A stretch of 62,046 nucleotides of DNA, the filler included, from Albugo candida (lineage: Eukaryota): the NCBI GenBank assembly GCA_040437565.1. It is 11 parts of 11 records of this genome, joined end to end, with 100 filler letters (N's around TTAATTAATTAA, not from the genome) between each part and the next. Parts side by side here need not be neighbours in the genome. Positions count along the whole stretch, not along the records: positions 45,698 to 51,133 come from JBDOQK010000159.1; positions 51,234 to 56,654 come from JBDOQK010000160.1; positions 56,755 to 62,046 come from JBDOQK010000161.1; 8 more parts are not named here. One strand, 5' to 3'. A program made the translations under genes and the position numbers. The notes beneath the pieces are model-generated. The model saw only the letters and a program-made list of their open reading frames with translations, did no database searches and was not told the origin of the DNA. The stretch's first letter is position 1. Each line of letters starts with the position of its first letter. Shown here one piece after another: positions 50,401 through 60,755 of this stretch.

Positions 50401-51076
50401 ATTTCCTGACCAATAAGCGGGAGGCATCAGTCCAGGTAGGACAAGACAAGAGATCACTGTTTAACCAGGCATCCAATTCAATTGGAAAGGAGAGAGGAAT
50501 TAATTGTTTCCATTTCATATTGACACTGATTCCAGCAAAACGCAAGGTTTTTTCAAATTGTCGAATAAACGTTTCCACATTATCATATGACTCGCTTGAA
50601 TCTGAGAAATATTTATTCATATGAGTTTTCAATTTGAACTTCGGGATATCATGCTTTGATAAACGCACACCAGTAGTATCGGAATCTTTGTGAGCATATT
50701 TTGATTCAGTTTGAACAGTAACACCAGCATTATTCACCATAGTTTCAAAAATAGCCATCCTCTTATCCAAGGATTCAATCTTGAGAGTTAATAATTTTTC
50801 TTCCTCAGAAGCTAACCCATCAGGTTCCGTGGTACTCATGATAAACAGCTTTGCAACTGCAGCATCCTTTTCCACCTTCAGTTTCTTCAAATGAGCTTCA
50901 TAATCAATAGTTTCTTTTTGATCATCATCACCATTTACGGCAGATGTTCCTCCAGTAGTATCCATAGGGGTAACATCATGCAAATCATTTTCATCTTGAT
51001 TTGGGAACACAATTTCAGATTCAGGGCGTTGAGAACCAGCAGAGGGAGTTCCAGATTGAGAACCAGCAGTAGACAT
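47441..51076 (-). CDS. Gag-protease-RT-RNase H polyprotein in a single frame
   Basis: Retrotransposon gag region, knuckles CSKHGG..SHDEKDC and CKFCGKLWDKNHRC, protease IDTGSD, RT VVCDLRRIN / LDLKNAYH / YVDD, RNase H LQTDASCYG..HIKGIDNILPDRISR. Confidence 0.92.
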   Translation of the reverse strand: MSTAGSQSGTPSAGSQRPESEIVFPNQDENDLHDVTPMDTTGGTSAVNGDDDQKETIDYEAHLKKLKVEKDAAVAKLFIMSTTEPDGLASEEEKLLTLKIESLDKRMAIFETMVNNAGVTVQTESKYAHKDSDTTGVRLSKHDIPKFKLKTHMNKYFSDSSESYDNVETFIRQFEKTLRFAGISVNMKWKQLIPLSFPIELDAWLNSDLLSCPTWTDASRLLVRKFGSSQAVLQAKRRVINMHMSNHETVNEYYLRFTRAASEAGYKKNDTTLADFYFNGFPEEWQTQVNTVLLANYNSDADKNSLRTIDEITTAANDIFGDRTMGNKRSFNDHYNHSGNRFDKKRKGEAKKDKKFFCSKHGGPNDSHDEKDCFSKKEGNKIKRTPENRVITNNTSFEKPKYLGNKNIPRKSSSNKPCKFCGKLWDKNHRCQEYYDVKKGNSEKDKVILMVNKNDGDIEMKDPDEENLAEAMGNMSTALYDCKYQKDNTKDNKDLFRLITPILIEGERFLAKIDTGSDVTCINKYILNKNEKFKNVNIHEVDGNIIFLDKTKRKRIGQTDPLTIRYINDIQFKHPFEVVEFSDVISTKFDILLGKDTLSKLGISLTGVAYRFPDDPIIEDMQFENINFDSDNKFDPENSDFGTEDERKQFMNFIQGSIDNNNAIKLGSFCNVPESIVRIPIKRNAANCYTRQYPLAKSYYPVINEQLKEWLENGLVVETKPSSRYNSALWVVPKKDEEGNITKHRVVCDLRRINANISEEYREDYCIPNIQDIFEKVAKENMVYTKLDLKNAYHSFKVYEPDQEVLSFTFDGKTYKWKACCFGLRTISQLFCKVMKIILSDIEGVEAYVDDVLLYSKPDIHANLVKTVIDKLTNSNLKINFGKSQFFKTCIYTLGFVVGPGITKLDIRRLSTIDQWKVPTTMSQVRSLMSVISFMRNYIPAISKLTAPLDQLRNEKDIKNKWTEDHTKRLEAIKEILQANLILHNVDLNQKLYLQTDASCYGLSAVLFCKDKYGRDKYIALASKSLNEHQRRWSTNRREIAALIFGLQRYRSILLGHPNFEARVDHSSLVYLYTSTYLSNNLQSYIEILNEYGYINITHIKGIDNILPDRISRLYPPIDEEIDQRSQEDALIRKLEKAILIKRAKSDNDTKESFIKRKAIKHNKDKDLAILAMKLSKEEYKKATLDHIAPSIEEREKLNKLTAWDTLVLKP

Positions 51077-51133
51077 AATAATAGTTCAGTATAATATAAT
51101 ATAGGAGTAAAGAAAAAAATGTGGATATTTAAG

Positions 51134-51233
51134 NNNNNNNNNNNNNNNNNNNNNNNNNNNNNNNNNNNNNNNNNNNNTTAATTAATTAANNNNNNNNNNN
51201 NNNNNNNNNNNNNNNNNNNNNNNNNNNNNNNNN
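51134..51233. other. Artificial contig linker
   Basis: 44N-TTAATTAATTAA-44N. Confidence 0.98.
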
Positions 51234-51625
51234 GTACCATTTTATTTTTTCAATTATTATTACGCAAATATCTTTTGTTTTTGATCAATATTGGACAAGC
51301 ATTATAGTTTTTTGGATAATATTATGCAAATAATCTGAGTTTGTAACTAATATTAGACAAATATTGTAGATTTTTGAATAATATTACACAATTATATAAA
51401 AAGTTTAAACAATATTACACCAATATTACATTTATTTAAAAAATATACAACAAACATAGAATATTTTTAACTAACATTGTGCAAATATGTAGTTTGTTTA
51501 TTTAATATTGAACGAATATTTTCTAATTAATTAACACTGTACAATTTTTTTTTGATTAATATTAAGCTAATATTTTATTTTTTATATGTTAAATAACAAT
51601 TTCAATCTATGTTTGGTAACATGGT

Positions 51626-52870
51626 TTAGGGATGAGTAGGTTTAGGTTCAGCATATTCAGCTTCAATAGGTGCAGGTACTGGTTCAACAGGCTCGATAGG
51701 TACAATACTTTCAGGTACTAGTTCAATTGGTTCAAATCCAGGTACAGGTACAGGTTCAACAGACACAATAGGTTCAATAGGTTCAGTAGCCACACGTTCA
51801 ATAGCTTCATCAACCTTGGCTCTTTTTGCCAATCTTTCTGAACTACGATGAGCTTCGCTCATTATTCGTCTTTTTCTCTTGTTATTGAGAGAACGAGTAG
51901 ATTCAGCAGTTTCAGGTGAGTAAAGTAGAATTGGTTCAGCAGGTCCAGGTTCAACACGAGTAGGCTCACTTTCAGCGTGAGATTCAATGAGAGGAATAGA
52001 TTCAAGAGGTTCAAGTTGAAGGGATCCATCAGATTCAATTTCATTAGGTTCAGTTTCAAGGGAACCTTCTGATTCAATTTTATTAGGCTCAGGATGAGTA
52101 GAAACAGCACGATTTGAACGAGTTCTCTCAAGACGAGGGAAGATAGCATTGATTTGAGTATCGTTTTTTAAAAAAATTTCTTGATTTACCTCAAATCCCA
52201 AAGAAATAATCACAGCAGCCATGTTGTTAATGTAAGTACGGTTCAAATTGAACATTTCATAAACTTGCTGCTTTACAATGGTATCGAAGTCATAGGTCGT
52301 ATCAAATTCAAAATCCTCACAAATTTTTTTTATTCCTTGCAACAATGCACTTCGATTGAAGTGCATTCTTGCAACTATACAATGTTCATTAATAAGCACA
52401 AGCAGCCACGATAAAAGTTTCTTAGTGTCTCTATTAAAAAAGGTTAGTATAAAGTACTAAGTTTGATGAAGAATTAGAACTTACTCAAGGCAAAAAAAAT
52501 GACAGAATTTTTTTTCCAAGATTTCAATTTGTTCTTGTCGTTGGCTTAACACCATATACTTAGAATGAAGAAAGAAATCCTTAGATTCATTTTCAATTCT
52601 TTCTCTAGCAACAGCTAGAACCTCTGATTCATCTCTTTCTTCAAATCCTTCCGAATTATATTCCATCTGGTCTCGTTCAATTACGTTATATCGTTCCACA
52701 TACATGTTAATTCTTGCTTCGTTATTTCTCATATATGCTTGTGCTCTCGTCTGTAAGGTCTTTAGCCAACGAGTGGAGTACACGCGATCTCTGTTTACTC
52801 TCTTGCTAGTAAATTTTTGATTCGCTTTTTTTTGAGATGTTTGCGTTGTTGTTGTTGCTGTGTTACTCAT
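51626..52870 (-). CDS. Orphan two-exon protein (~396 aa): charged helical N-half, basic NLS-like tracts and an E/P-rich tail; copy 1 of 3
   Basis: ATG at 52870; exons 52870-52485 and 52430-51626 join in frame through a GTAAG..TAG intron; NKRKRR and KRAK motifs. Confidence 0.7.
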
Positions 52871-53678
52871 TTTTTGCAAAAAAAAAAAAAAAAAAAGAGA
52901 GAAGGAAGACATTAATCTTTGTTAAGCATTTTTAAATAGAAAAAAAATTGGTTTAATACCAGTCATAAATTCGTAACATATCCATAAAGGTATAAGCAAG
53001 AGGCTTTTTGTAAGAGCCATAATTGTTTAATATTGAACTGTTAAGCATTTAATGCTAGGTAAAAAAACTCTGACTTGTAAAACATTACGCAAAAAATAAA
53101 AGTCGACTTATTTAATAGTGAAGAGAACACAATATATTTTCGTTTAACATGTAACAAAAAACAAAAAACATTTAAAATATTTTGTAAAAATAATGTTTCT
53201 TCGCACTATATTTAACAAACAACAAAATACAATGTAAAATATTTAACAAAACTGTTTTTTTTGTACGCAATTTTTAACAAATACGTTTAGTTATTGCAAA
53301 TTATTTAACAAAAACCTAATATTTTTATTGTATATTTTATCTAAACTTTTATGTATTGTACAGTATTCGATGTAAATAATATAATGTAGTCCTAAATTGA
53401 GCAAAAAGTTATAGTATGGTTTTTTGTTGAACAAATCAATTCGTTATTGTCCGATTTTGTCTATATTCATCTTGTCGTCAAATGTCATTGCTACAAGCTC
53501 GTAATGCAAGAGCCATGTTATGAAGTATATCATTGATAAATAAAAAAAAGTATAAATATAAATGTATAAGAATAATGACGCGTTAAATGAGCAGCAAAGT
53601 GATGTTAGATTTTATTTTTTTTTAAAAAAAAAAAGGTGGGATGAGTAGAGTAGATTCAATAGGTTCAGGTGAGTAGAT

Positions 53679-54269
53679 TCAGTAGGCACAGGTGAGTAGA
53701 GTAGAGTAGATTAGATTAGATTCAGTAGGTCCAGGTGGATAGAGTAGAGTAGATTCAGTAGGTCCAGGTGGATAGAGTAGAGTAGATTCAGTAGGTCCAG
53801 GTGGATAGAGTAGAGTAGATTCAGTAGGTCCAGGTGGATAGAGTAGAGTAGATTCAGTAGGTCCAGGTGGATAGAGTAGAGTAGATTCTGTAGGCCCAGG
53901 TGGAAAGAGTAGAGTAGATTCAGTAGGTCCAGGTGGATAGAGTAGAGTAGGTACAGCACGATTTGAACGAGTAGTCTCAAGACGAGGGAAGATAGCATTG
54001 CTTCGAGTAGCGTTTTTTATAAAAATATTATGATTTAACTCAAATCCCAAAGAAGGAACCACGGCAGCCATGTTATTGATGAGAGTACGATTCATTTTGA
54101 ACATTTCAAACACGCCCTTTTTCACTTCGTGACTGAAGTCAAATGGCGTATCAAATTCAAAATCCTCAATTATTATTTTTGCTCTATGCATACGCTCTCT
54201 ATCATATTGCCCGCTAATATTTCTATTAAAGGCTTCGCTTATTTCTTTTGGGGACGCTATGGCGGTCAT
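53679..54269 (-). pseudogene. Internally deleted paralog (copy 2) ending in 11-aa repeats
   Basis: EDFEFDT.FDF..EMF..NRT.INNMAAV..SLGFE..NAIFPRLETTRSNRAV matches exon 2 of copy 1. Confidence 0.7.
53719..53950. repeat. 33-bp minisatellite, 7 units (PPGPTESTLLY on the minus strand)
   Basis: GATTCAGTAGGTCCAGGTGGATAGAGTAGAGTA repeated nearly perfectly. Confidence 0.95.
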
Positions 54270-54944
54270 AATATTTTTTTAAATTAAAAAAAAAAGAAAA
54301 ATTAAAGAGAAGGAAAAGATTAATCTTTGTTAAAGATTTATAAAAAAAAAAAATTTTTGTTGAATACCAGTCATAAATTCGTCACATGTCCATTAAAATC
54401 AAAAATTGCGTGATCAATACAGGACAGAAACAGCTAAGCAATAAAAAGGGGTTTTAACATAGTGCAAGTTTAATAGTAGTATATCAGTATTGTATATCAG
54501 TATAGTATATCAGTAAGAAGCAAAAGTGTAGTCCATATTGTTTGATATTGTACAATCAAAATACAATGTTACATATTTAACAAAGATGTGTGTTGTTTGT
54601 GCAATTTGTAGCAATTATTTTTAGTCATTGCAAAATATTAAACAAAAACCAAATATTTTGACTATACATTTTATCTAAACTTTAACTTATTGTACAATAT
54701 TGTACAAAAATACCATAATATTGTTCAACATTGAGCAAAAAGTTATAGTATAGTTTCTTGTTGAGCAAAGTAAGTTGCTACTGTCCGATTTTGTTTATAA
54801 TCATCTTGTCGTAATGCAAGAGCCATGTTATGAATTATATAGATAAGAAATAAAAAATAAACATTAATGTGAATGTATAAAATAATGACGCGTTAAATGA
54901 GCAAAGTGATGTTAAATTTTATTTTATTTTTAAAAAAAAAGGTG

Positions 54945-55215
54945 GGATGAGTAGAGCAGATTCAGTAGGTAAAGGTGAGTAGAGTAGAGTAGAGTAGAGT
55001 AGAGTAGATTAGATTCAGTAGTTTCAGGTGAGTAGAGTAGATTCAGTAGGTCCAGGTGAGTAGAGCAGAGTAGATTTAGTAGGTCCAGGTGGATAGAGTA
55101 GTAGGTCCAGGTGAGTAGAGTAGAGTAGATTTAGTAGGTCCAGGTGGATAGAGTAGAGTAGATTCAGTAGGTCCAGGTGGATAGAGCAGAGTAGATTCAG
55201 TAAGTTCAGGTGAGT
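54945..55215. repeat. Degenerate array of the same 33-bp unit plus (AGAGT)n
   Basis: Same unit with variants and pentamer expansion. Confidence 0.88.
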
Positions 55216-55327
55216 AAAGTACATGTTCGTTCTTGCTTCGTTTTCTCTCGAAAATGCCTGTAAGGTTTTTGCCAACATTTTTACTAAACGCTTTGTCTAG
55301 AGGTGTGTGTGATGCAGAGGTCGTCAT
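55024..55327 (-). pseudogene. Remnant paralog (copy 3): exon-1 fragment fused to the minisatellite
   Basis: LAKTLQAFSRENEARTNMY matches copy 1 WLKTLQTRAQAYMRNNEARINMY; upstream block ATACCAGTCATAAATTCGT is shared by all three copies. Confidence 0.65.
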
Positions 55328-56654
55328 AATATTTAATTTTTTTTAACAAAAAAGAAAAGATTAAAGAGAAGGAAGAGATTTTTTTGTTGAAGATTTATAA
55401 AAAAACTATTTTTTTTGTTGAATACCAGTCATAAATTCGTCACATGTCCATTAAAATCAAAAATTACGTGTTCAATACAGGTCAGAAACAGCTAAGCAAT
55501 AAAGAAGGATTTTAACATAGTGCAAGTTTAATAATAGAGTATCAATAAGAAGCTATTATTGCTTATTATTGAGCAAACAAGTTAGAATAGTCGAATTTGA
55601 CTGATGTGGGCTCCCAGAACACAAGGATAATTTCTGTCGCTTCTAAAACGTATATCGTTACTCTAAGAACGCGCCAGTAAGAGCTATGATTAATATTTGG
55701 CAACACTTTATTTTCTTTAATTAGCATTAAGCAAATATGTTATTATTTAATTCAATATTAAACAAAACCTTTCGGTTTCTGTTCAATTTGAGCAGAGGTT
55801 TCTTTTACTATTGTCAAACAAGATTCTTTTTCTTTAACCTTTTTAAAATAATGCACCTTCTTTTTTTTCCTTTTAAAAATGAGATGCATTGCATCCCATT
55901 TTATAACTAATAATAGATTTTATTTTTATCAAAATTGTAATAAGAAGTTTGAAAAGTCTAATCTACTATTTTGTCTACGTCATTTTTTATAAATTGCAGT
56001 ATCAGTGGGAATTCTAATAAAATTGCTCCGTCATCATATAATTTTTTTATTTTTATTTTGATTTTTATTTTTATTTTTATTTTTATTTCTATACTTTATA
56101 ACATGGCAACAATCTGACCGTTGTATAGTCACTACTATCCACTTGCATTATCAATCTTTATCAATGACCTTTAACGGCCTGTGGTTCTGAAGACTGGAAT
56201 GGCTTTTTTTTTGCTGTCGGTGATTAATCAAGTTCGTCTTTTGCATTTCAAGTTTGCACCAATTTCTTTTACAGGTAGCTGTTAATTAAATCAGCCTCTA
56301 TAGTCGCGTGCTATATGAACCTTGCCAAATAATATAGTGTTCTTTGTTATCCGCTTCAAATCTTGGCCCTCTTTATCATGAGCTCTATACTGAAGACTTA
56401 GGGTAGGGGTCGCTATTATCAATTCATTATTTTACGCACTACGCCTTCAATTTTGACCATTGTTTTAGCGGTATTATGCTCCTATCTGTCAAATGTACTG
56501 TTTGCTTCTGTAAAGAGTTCTTCCTTGATAGTGTTGTCCTCGTCTTTAAAAAGAAGGGTATGATTTTATTTAAGGAATCGTCTTAAATATTGTTATCCTC
56601 GTCTTTGAGAAGAATGGTGTGATCTTGTCTTGGAAGTTGCCTCGATTTTTTTTT

Positions 56655-56754
56655 NNNNNNNNNNNNNNNNNNNNNNNNNNNNNNNNNNNNNNNNNNNNTT
56701 AATTAATTAANNNNNNNNNNNNNNNNNNNNNNNNNNNNNNNNNNNNNNNNNNNN
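56655..56754. other. Artificial contig linker
   Basis: 44N-TTAATTAATTAA-44N. Confidence 0.98.
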
Positions 56755-56933
56755 TTTTTGTAGTTAAGTTATTTTTTATTTTTAACTTATTTTCTGAAGC
56801 CGCACATCGCAGAGAGGTGTGACTTGAAAGAGGGGTAATTAAAATAGTGTTAAATAGGATATGAAAAGATAAGATTAAAATAAAATAAAGAAAGGGTGAA
56901 GCATTGATTTTAAGGGATGGAAGTGAGAAATGA

Positions 56934-59900
56934 TCACGCTATAGAATTAGTGTTGAAGAGAATATCCAATTGTTTGATGATGTTGGAAACCATTGTTGTT
57001 GTAGCGGGAAAAGGAACCTGTTCAATGATATATTGCCAGTAATCGCGCCATATGAAATATTGGATCGTGGAAAGGGTTACCACAAACTTGATTTTTTCGG
57101 CATAAGTAGGAACTACTTTTGGAATCTTTAACAACCGTAGTGTATAGTATATATCATCTATAGTTAGATTTATATGTCCAAAGTAGGAAGGAATGATGGA
57201 TGACCAAATGTCGAGCTTGGTAGGACAGAATACAAGAAAGTGAACAAGTGTTTCCCTGGATTGTTGGCACAGTCTGCAGTTGGAAGAGTCTAATTTTTTG
57301 ATCTTTTTCAAGAATATTGCAGTGGGGATTTTGTTAGTGAAAGCTTTAAACCACACTGTTCTTGCATTTAGTAGCATAGTGGAAGACCAGAACAGTTTGT
57401 ATCTAGCTTTAGAGACCGGGTATAAGGCACTGGGTGTTGGCTGCTTGGAATATTGTCTATACACTTTTGATTCGAATTTGATCCATAGCGGTTGATTTTT
57501 GAAATCTTCAATAATTCGGTTGTCTACTGAAGCGAGGCTATTGTCCCTAACGTCGTCGAGGATAAAGTCCCATAATCGAGGAAGAAGCGTGACCGTCCGA
57601 TCCGTGAGAAGATGCTTTACAAGCTGTTTACATAGTTGAGGTTTTTGAATATATTCGCTTTCCACCCGTATTCGCAGCCGTTTGACGTGTTCATCAAAAA
57701 TAAAAAAATCTTGCGTGGGAAACATTTTATGTCTTTGGAGCCAGTGATCTGTAGGTATATGGTTGAACATGTACCGTAAGGGCAAGGACAAAAGAGTGGG
57801 CAAACCTAGCCGACCGATATCTACCTGAAAGTCAAAATGATCAAAAGAGTTATACATTGCGTTGAGGATGGATGTATGATTGGTCAAAGTATGATTTCGC
57901 AATTCCGGAATAAAGAACGATATTAACGGAAAGCTATTTGCAGAACTGATAATAGACATGTGATAATCCAATAGTAGCTTCACGGGGACATGTTGAACCG
58001 GTTCAGATGTGCTTCGCCCAAAAAGATGATTAAGATGCCTAATTTGCAAAGTAAGATGTTGAACACTAGGCTTCAATAGACCAAGACCACCTTTCTCTAT
58101 CGGAAGACTGAGTTGTGTAAAGGAGACTTTCGGATTTTTATCTAGCCAAACAAATTTGTAAAGTACTGTCTGAACCTTGTGAAACCATGCTTTGGTTGGA
58201 TTAAGAAGTCGTAAACAATACCATAACTTAGACATGATCAGAGTGTTGGCAATAGTTGCTCGACCCCGAAGAGACAGTTGTCTAGTAGAGTATATACAAA
58301 CCGATGCTTTTACCTTACGTAATAATGCTTCTTGAGCTTGATTCCTTTGATTGGCTGTGTATGCTATAAAGAATCCAAGGTATTCAAATGCCTCCCTCGA
58401 ATATTTGGTATAGTACGTGTCAATTTGATCCGCTGCTAATACTGCTTTCCATTCTAAATCTAAACGTCCATTGAGTGAGAATGCTTTAGTTTTTTCACGA
58501 TTGAATCTAGCATTGGAGACCAGTGCATATCGTTCTAGTTGTTGTTTAAGTCTCCGATATTCGTCTTGATTCTTGAGAATAGCACATATATCATCGGCGT
58601 AAGCAATTGTTTTAATACGGTGAATAGTTTCTTGATGTGGGAATTCATAACCTTTCAATTGCTGATCTTGATTAATATGTAAGAGCAAAGGCTCCATAGC
58701 TAAATTAAATAAGAGTGGAGACAACGGATCACCCTGTCGTAAGCCTCTTTCTTGGAAAACAGTTGGCGCAAAAAAACCATTCACATTGACTTGAACGGCA
58801 TTACCGAAAAAAAGGTTCACTATACATTTCACGAAGGATTGGTGAAAACCAAAACGAAGCAATACTTGTTCCAAATAGTATGGGTTCACGCGATCATAAG
58901 CTTTCTCTTGATCTAAAAGAAGTCCTACACCATCGTAATCTAAGTAGTTAGCTTGTTGTACTAAGAGATGAACAGCCAAACCATTATCACCAATAAAGCG
59001 ACCGCTTAGAAAACCTGTTTGTGAAGAACATATTATATTGTTTGCAACATCACTTATCCTGCTATTAATAATCCTACTAAGCACCTTTGCATCACAGTTG
59101 ATCAATGAGATCGGCCGCCAATTTTTCAAATCCGTTAAATCATTTTTCTTGGGTAGCAATCTAACACGAAGTTCTTTCCAGGAAGGAGGAGTAATACCAT
59201 GTTGTAGAGCCTGATTATAAACCTTCACGATCAAAGGTTGTAAAATAGGAATTCGATAAATAAAATTAAGGTATTGGTATCCCAAACCATCCTCTCCAGG
59301 GCTACTCCTCTTCGGACTACGTTTCACCTGGTCCAGGATTTCATCTAAGGTAATATCTGTTATCAGCATTTCATTCTCATCCTCGTTCACGGTATTAGTC
59401 AAATTAATATCTGCCAGATATTCATTGATTGCTGTTATCGAGACTGGATCACTTGTATATAATTTCTGATAGAAATCCCTGACCACTTCTTGCATACCTG
59501 CTGGTTCAGAAGTTTGACTCTCATTGTTATCGGCATCGTTAGTTTTAAAAGCTGACATATGCTGTTGTAAAGAGCGCTGGTGGTGTAACTTCTTCAAAAA
59601 TCCTGCTGATGTTTCCCCTTGTTCCCGCCATTTTATACCTGCCCGAAGGCCTGATATTTCCGTCAATTCTTGTTGTAGCTGATCCAATTGTTTATCAATT
59701 GCCGGTAATATGAGAGACTTCAACTCTGAGTCTGGCTTGGTGCGTAAAAATTTGTTACGTTGCTTTTCCAGTTTTGTAATTTTGGTTTTTCTCCAGTCAA
59801 CATACTGATAGCTATAACTACGAATTACCTTTTTAATTTGTTGTTTAATTCTGTCCCATTTCAAAGCATCAGTTATCGTAGTGTTGTTGTCAAAAGACTT

Positions 59901-60755
59901 CATCAATTGTTCTACTTTTGAAGTAATCTGTCCCTGCAACTTTTTGTGATTACTGTATATTGGGTTTGCTCTCCATAATCCAGGTCCGGTAACTGTTTTA
60001 CCAACAGTGAAGCTGATGTGTAACATAGAGTGATCCGACCATTTAGATTGTAATTTACTGATATCGGCCGTTTTAAGTCCGGCTGAGAGTTGGAGTCCTA
60101 AAAAAATGTAGTCGATAACAGAAGATACCATGTTGCCAGTACCACGTGAGCGCTGAAAGGTGGGGACTTCCGTCAGTTCATTAACTGTCATGCTATTAGA
60201 GAAGAAAATATCTAAGAGGCTGAGCCACTCAGAGGAGGTAGAATAATTTAGTTTATCTTTGCGTAGTAGAGAGTAATTAAAGTCACCCGAGATGATTAGC
60301 CTATCCCAAGGCACTTGGTCTTGTACATTATAAAGCAAGCCCGCCATTTGATCGAAAAAGGTTCTACGTTCTTGATCAGAGCTTGCTGGAGCATAAATAT
60401 TAAGAATATAAAAAGGTTCATAAGAGTGTTGAGGATGTTCAACTTTGCATAGTTGAAATCGGTCTGATTCATAGTGTTGTGAAGTGTTCACTATTGTTAT
60501 GTCGTATAAAGGAGAGAATGATACTATACCTACGTGGGGAGTCCAGTGGGCATGTTGTGCAGCTTGAAAATGAATGTTAAGTGAGTCTATCGCCGAAGAA
60601 TTTTCAGCTCGTGTTTCTTGAAAGCATATAATGTCATATTTTAAATTTCGTAAGTAATTGAGATATTGTTTTTGTGTGATTTTGTTGGCAGTTTTGATTA
60701 AACTGCATGCATTCAATGATGCATATTTGCAAATAATATTATTTTTATCAATCAT
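56934..60755 (-). CDS. LINE ORF2: AP endonuclease, reverse transcriptase and zf-RVT (1273 aa)
   Basis: SLNACS..FQET, NIYAP, GDFN, IDYIF, SDH; SPGEDG, NWRPISLIN, DQEKAYDRV, GLRQGDPLSPLLF, YADD, YLG; CRLC..ETLVHFLVFC. Confidence 0.96.
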   Translation of the reverse strand: MIDKNNIICKYASLNACSLIKTANKITQKQYLNYLRNLKYDIICFQETRAENSSAIDSLNIHFQAAQHAHWTPHVGIVSFSPLYDITIVNTSQHYESDRFQLCKVEHPQHSYEPFYILNIYAPASSDQERRTFFDQMAGLLYNVQDQVPWDRLIISGDFNYSLLRKDKLNYSTSSEWLSLLDIFFSNSMTVNELTEVPTFQRSRGTGNMVSSVIDYIFLGLQLSAGLKTADISKLQSKWSDHSMLHISFTVGKTVTGPGLWRANPIYSNHKKLQGQITSKVEQLMKSFDNNTTITDALKWDRIKQQIKKVIRSYSYQYVDWRKTKITKLEKQRNKFLRTKPDSELKSLILPAIDKQLDQLQQELTEISGLRAGIKWREQGETSAGFLKKLHHQRSLQQHMSAFKTNDADNNESQTSEPAGMQEVVRDFYQKLYTSDPVSITAINEYLADINLTNTVNEDENEMLITDITLDEILDQVKRSPKRSSPGEDGLGYQYLNFIYRIPILQPLIVKVYNQALQHGITPPSWKELRVRLLPKKNDLTDLKNWRPISLINCDAKVLSRIINSRISDVANNIICSSQTGFLSGRFIGDNGLAVHLLVQQANYLDYDGVGLLLDQEKAYDRVNPYYLEQVLLRFGFHQSFVKCIVNLFFGNAVQVNVNGFFAPTVFQERGLRQGDPLSPLLFNLAMEPLLLHINQDQQLKGYEFPHQETIHRIKTIAYADDICAILKNQDEYRRLKQQLERYALVSNARFNREKTKAFSLNGRLDLEWKAVLAADQIDTYYTKYSREAFEYLGFFIAYTANQRNQAQEALLRKVKASVCIYSTRQLSLRGRATIANTLIMSKLWYCLRLLNPTKAWFHKVQTVLYKFVWLDKNPKVSFTQLSLPIEKGGLGLLKPSVQHLTLQIRHLNHLFGRSTSEPVQHVPVKLLLDYHMSIISSANSFPLISFFIPELRNHTLTNHTSILNAMYNSFDHFDFQVDIGRLGLPTLLSLPLRYMFNHIPTDHWLQRHKMFPTQDFFIFDEHVKRLRIRVESEYIQKPQLCKQLVKHLLTDRTVTLLPRLWDFILDDVRDNSLASVDNRIIEDFKNQPLWIKFESKVYRQYSKQPTPSALYPVSKARYKLFWSSTMLLNARTVWFKAFTNKIPTAIFLKKIKKLDSSNCRLCQQSRETLVHFLVFCPTKLDIWSSIIPSYFGHINLTIDDIYYTLRLLKIPKVVPTYAEKIKFVVTLSTIQYFIWRDYWQYIIEQVPFPATTTMVSNIIKQLDILFNTNSIA

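Larger units (their letters stand above)
45698..51133 (-). mobile_element. Ty3/Gypsy chromovirus: complete internal region plus stubs of both LTRs
   Basis: 5' LTR stub ends ..ATATCCACA at 51120. PPT GGAGGAGGGACA (45772-45761) is followed by the 3' LTR start TGTGGTGACG at 45760. TGTGG/CCACA form the LTR inverted termini. Confidence 0.92.

Noticed and set aside
53719..53950. 33-bp repeats as a CRISPR array
   Set aside because: Units are head-to-tail with no unique spacers, no cas genes are present, and the context is eukaryotic and coding.
56150..56654. Decayed coding remnant with a short duplication (CCTCGTCTTT at ~56538 and ~56597)
   Set aside because: No identifiable motif; cannot be assigned.
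56793..56832. Hammerhead ribozyme (CTGA...GAAA on the + strand)
   Set aside because: The core reads CTGAAGC rather than CUGANGA, no flanking stems are evident, and it is antisense to the LINE.
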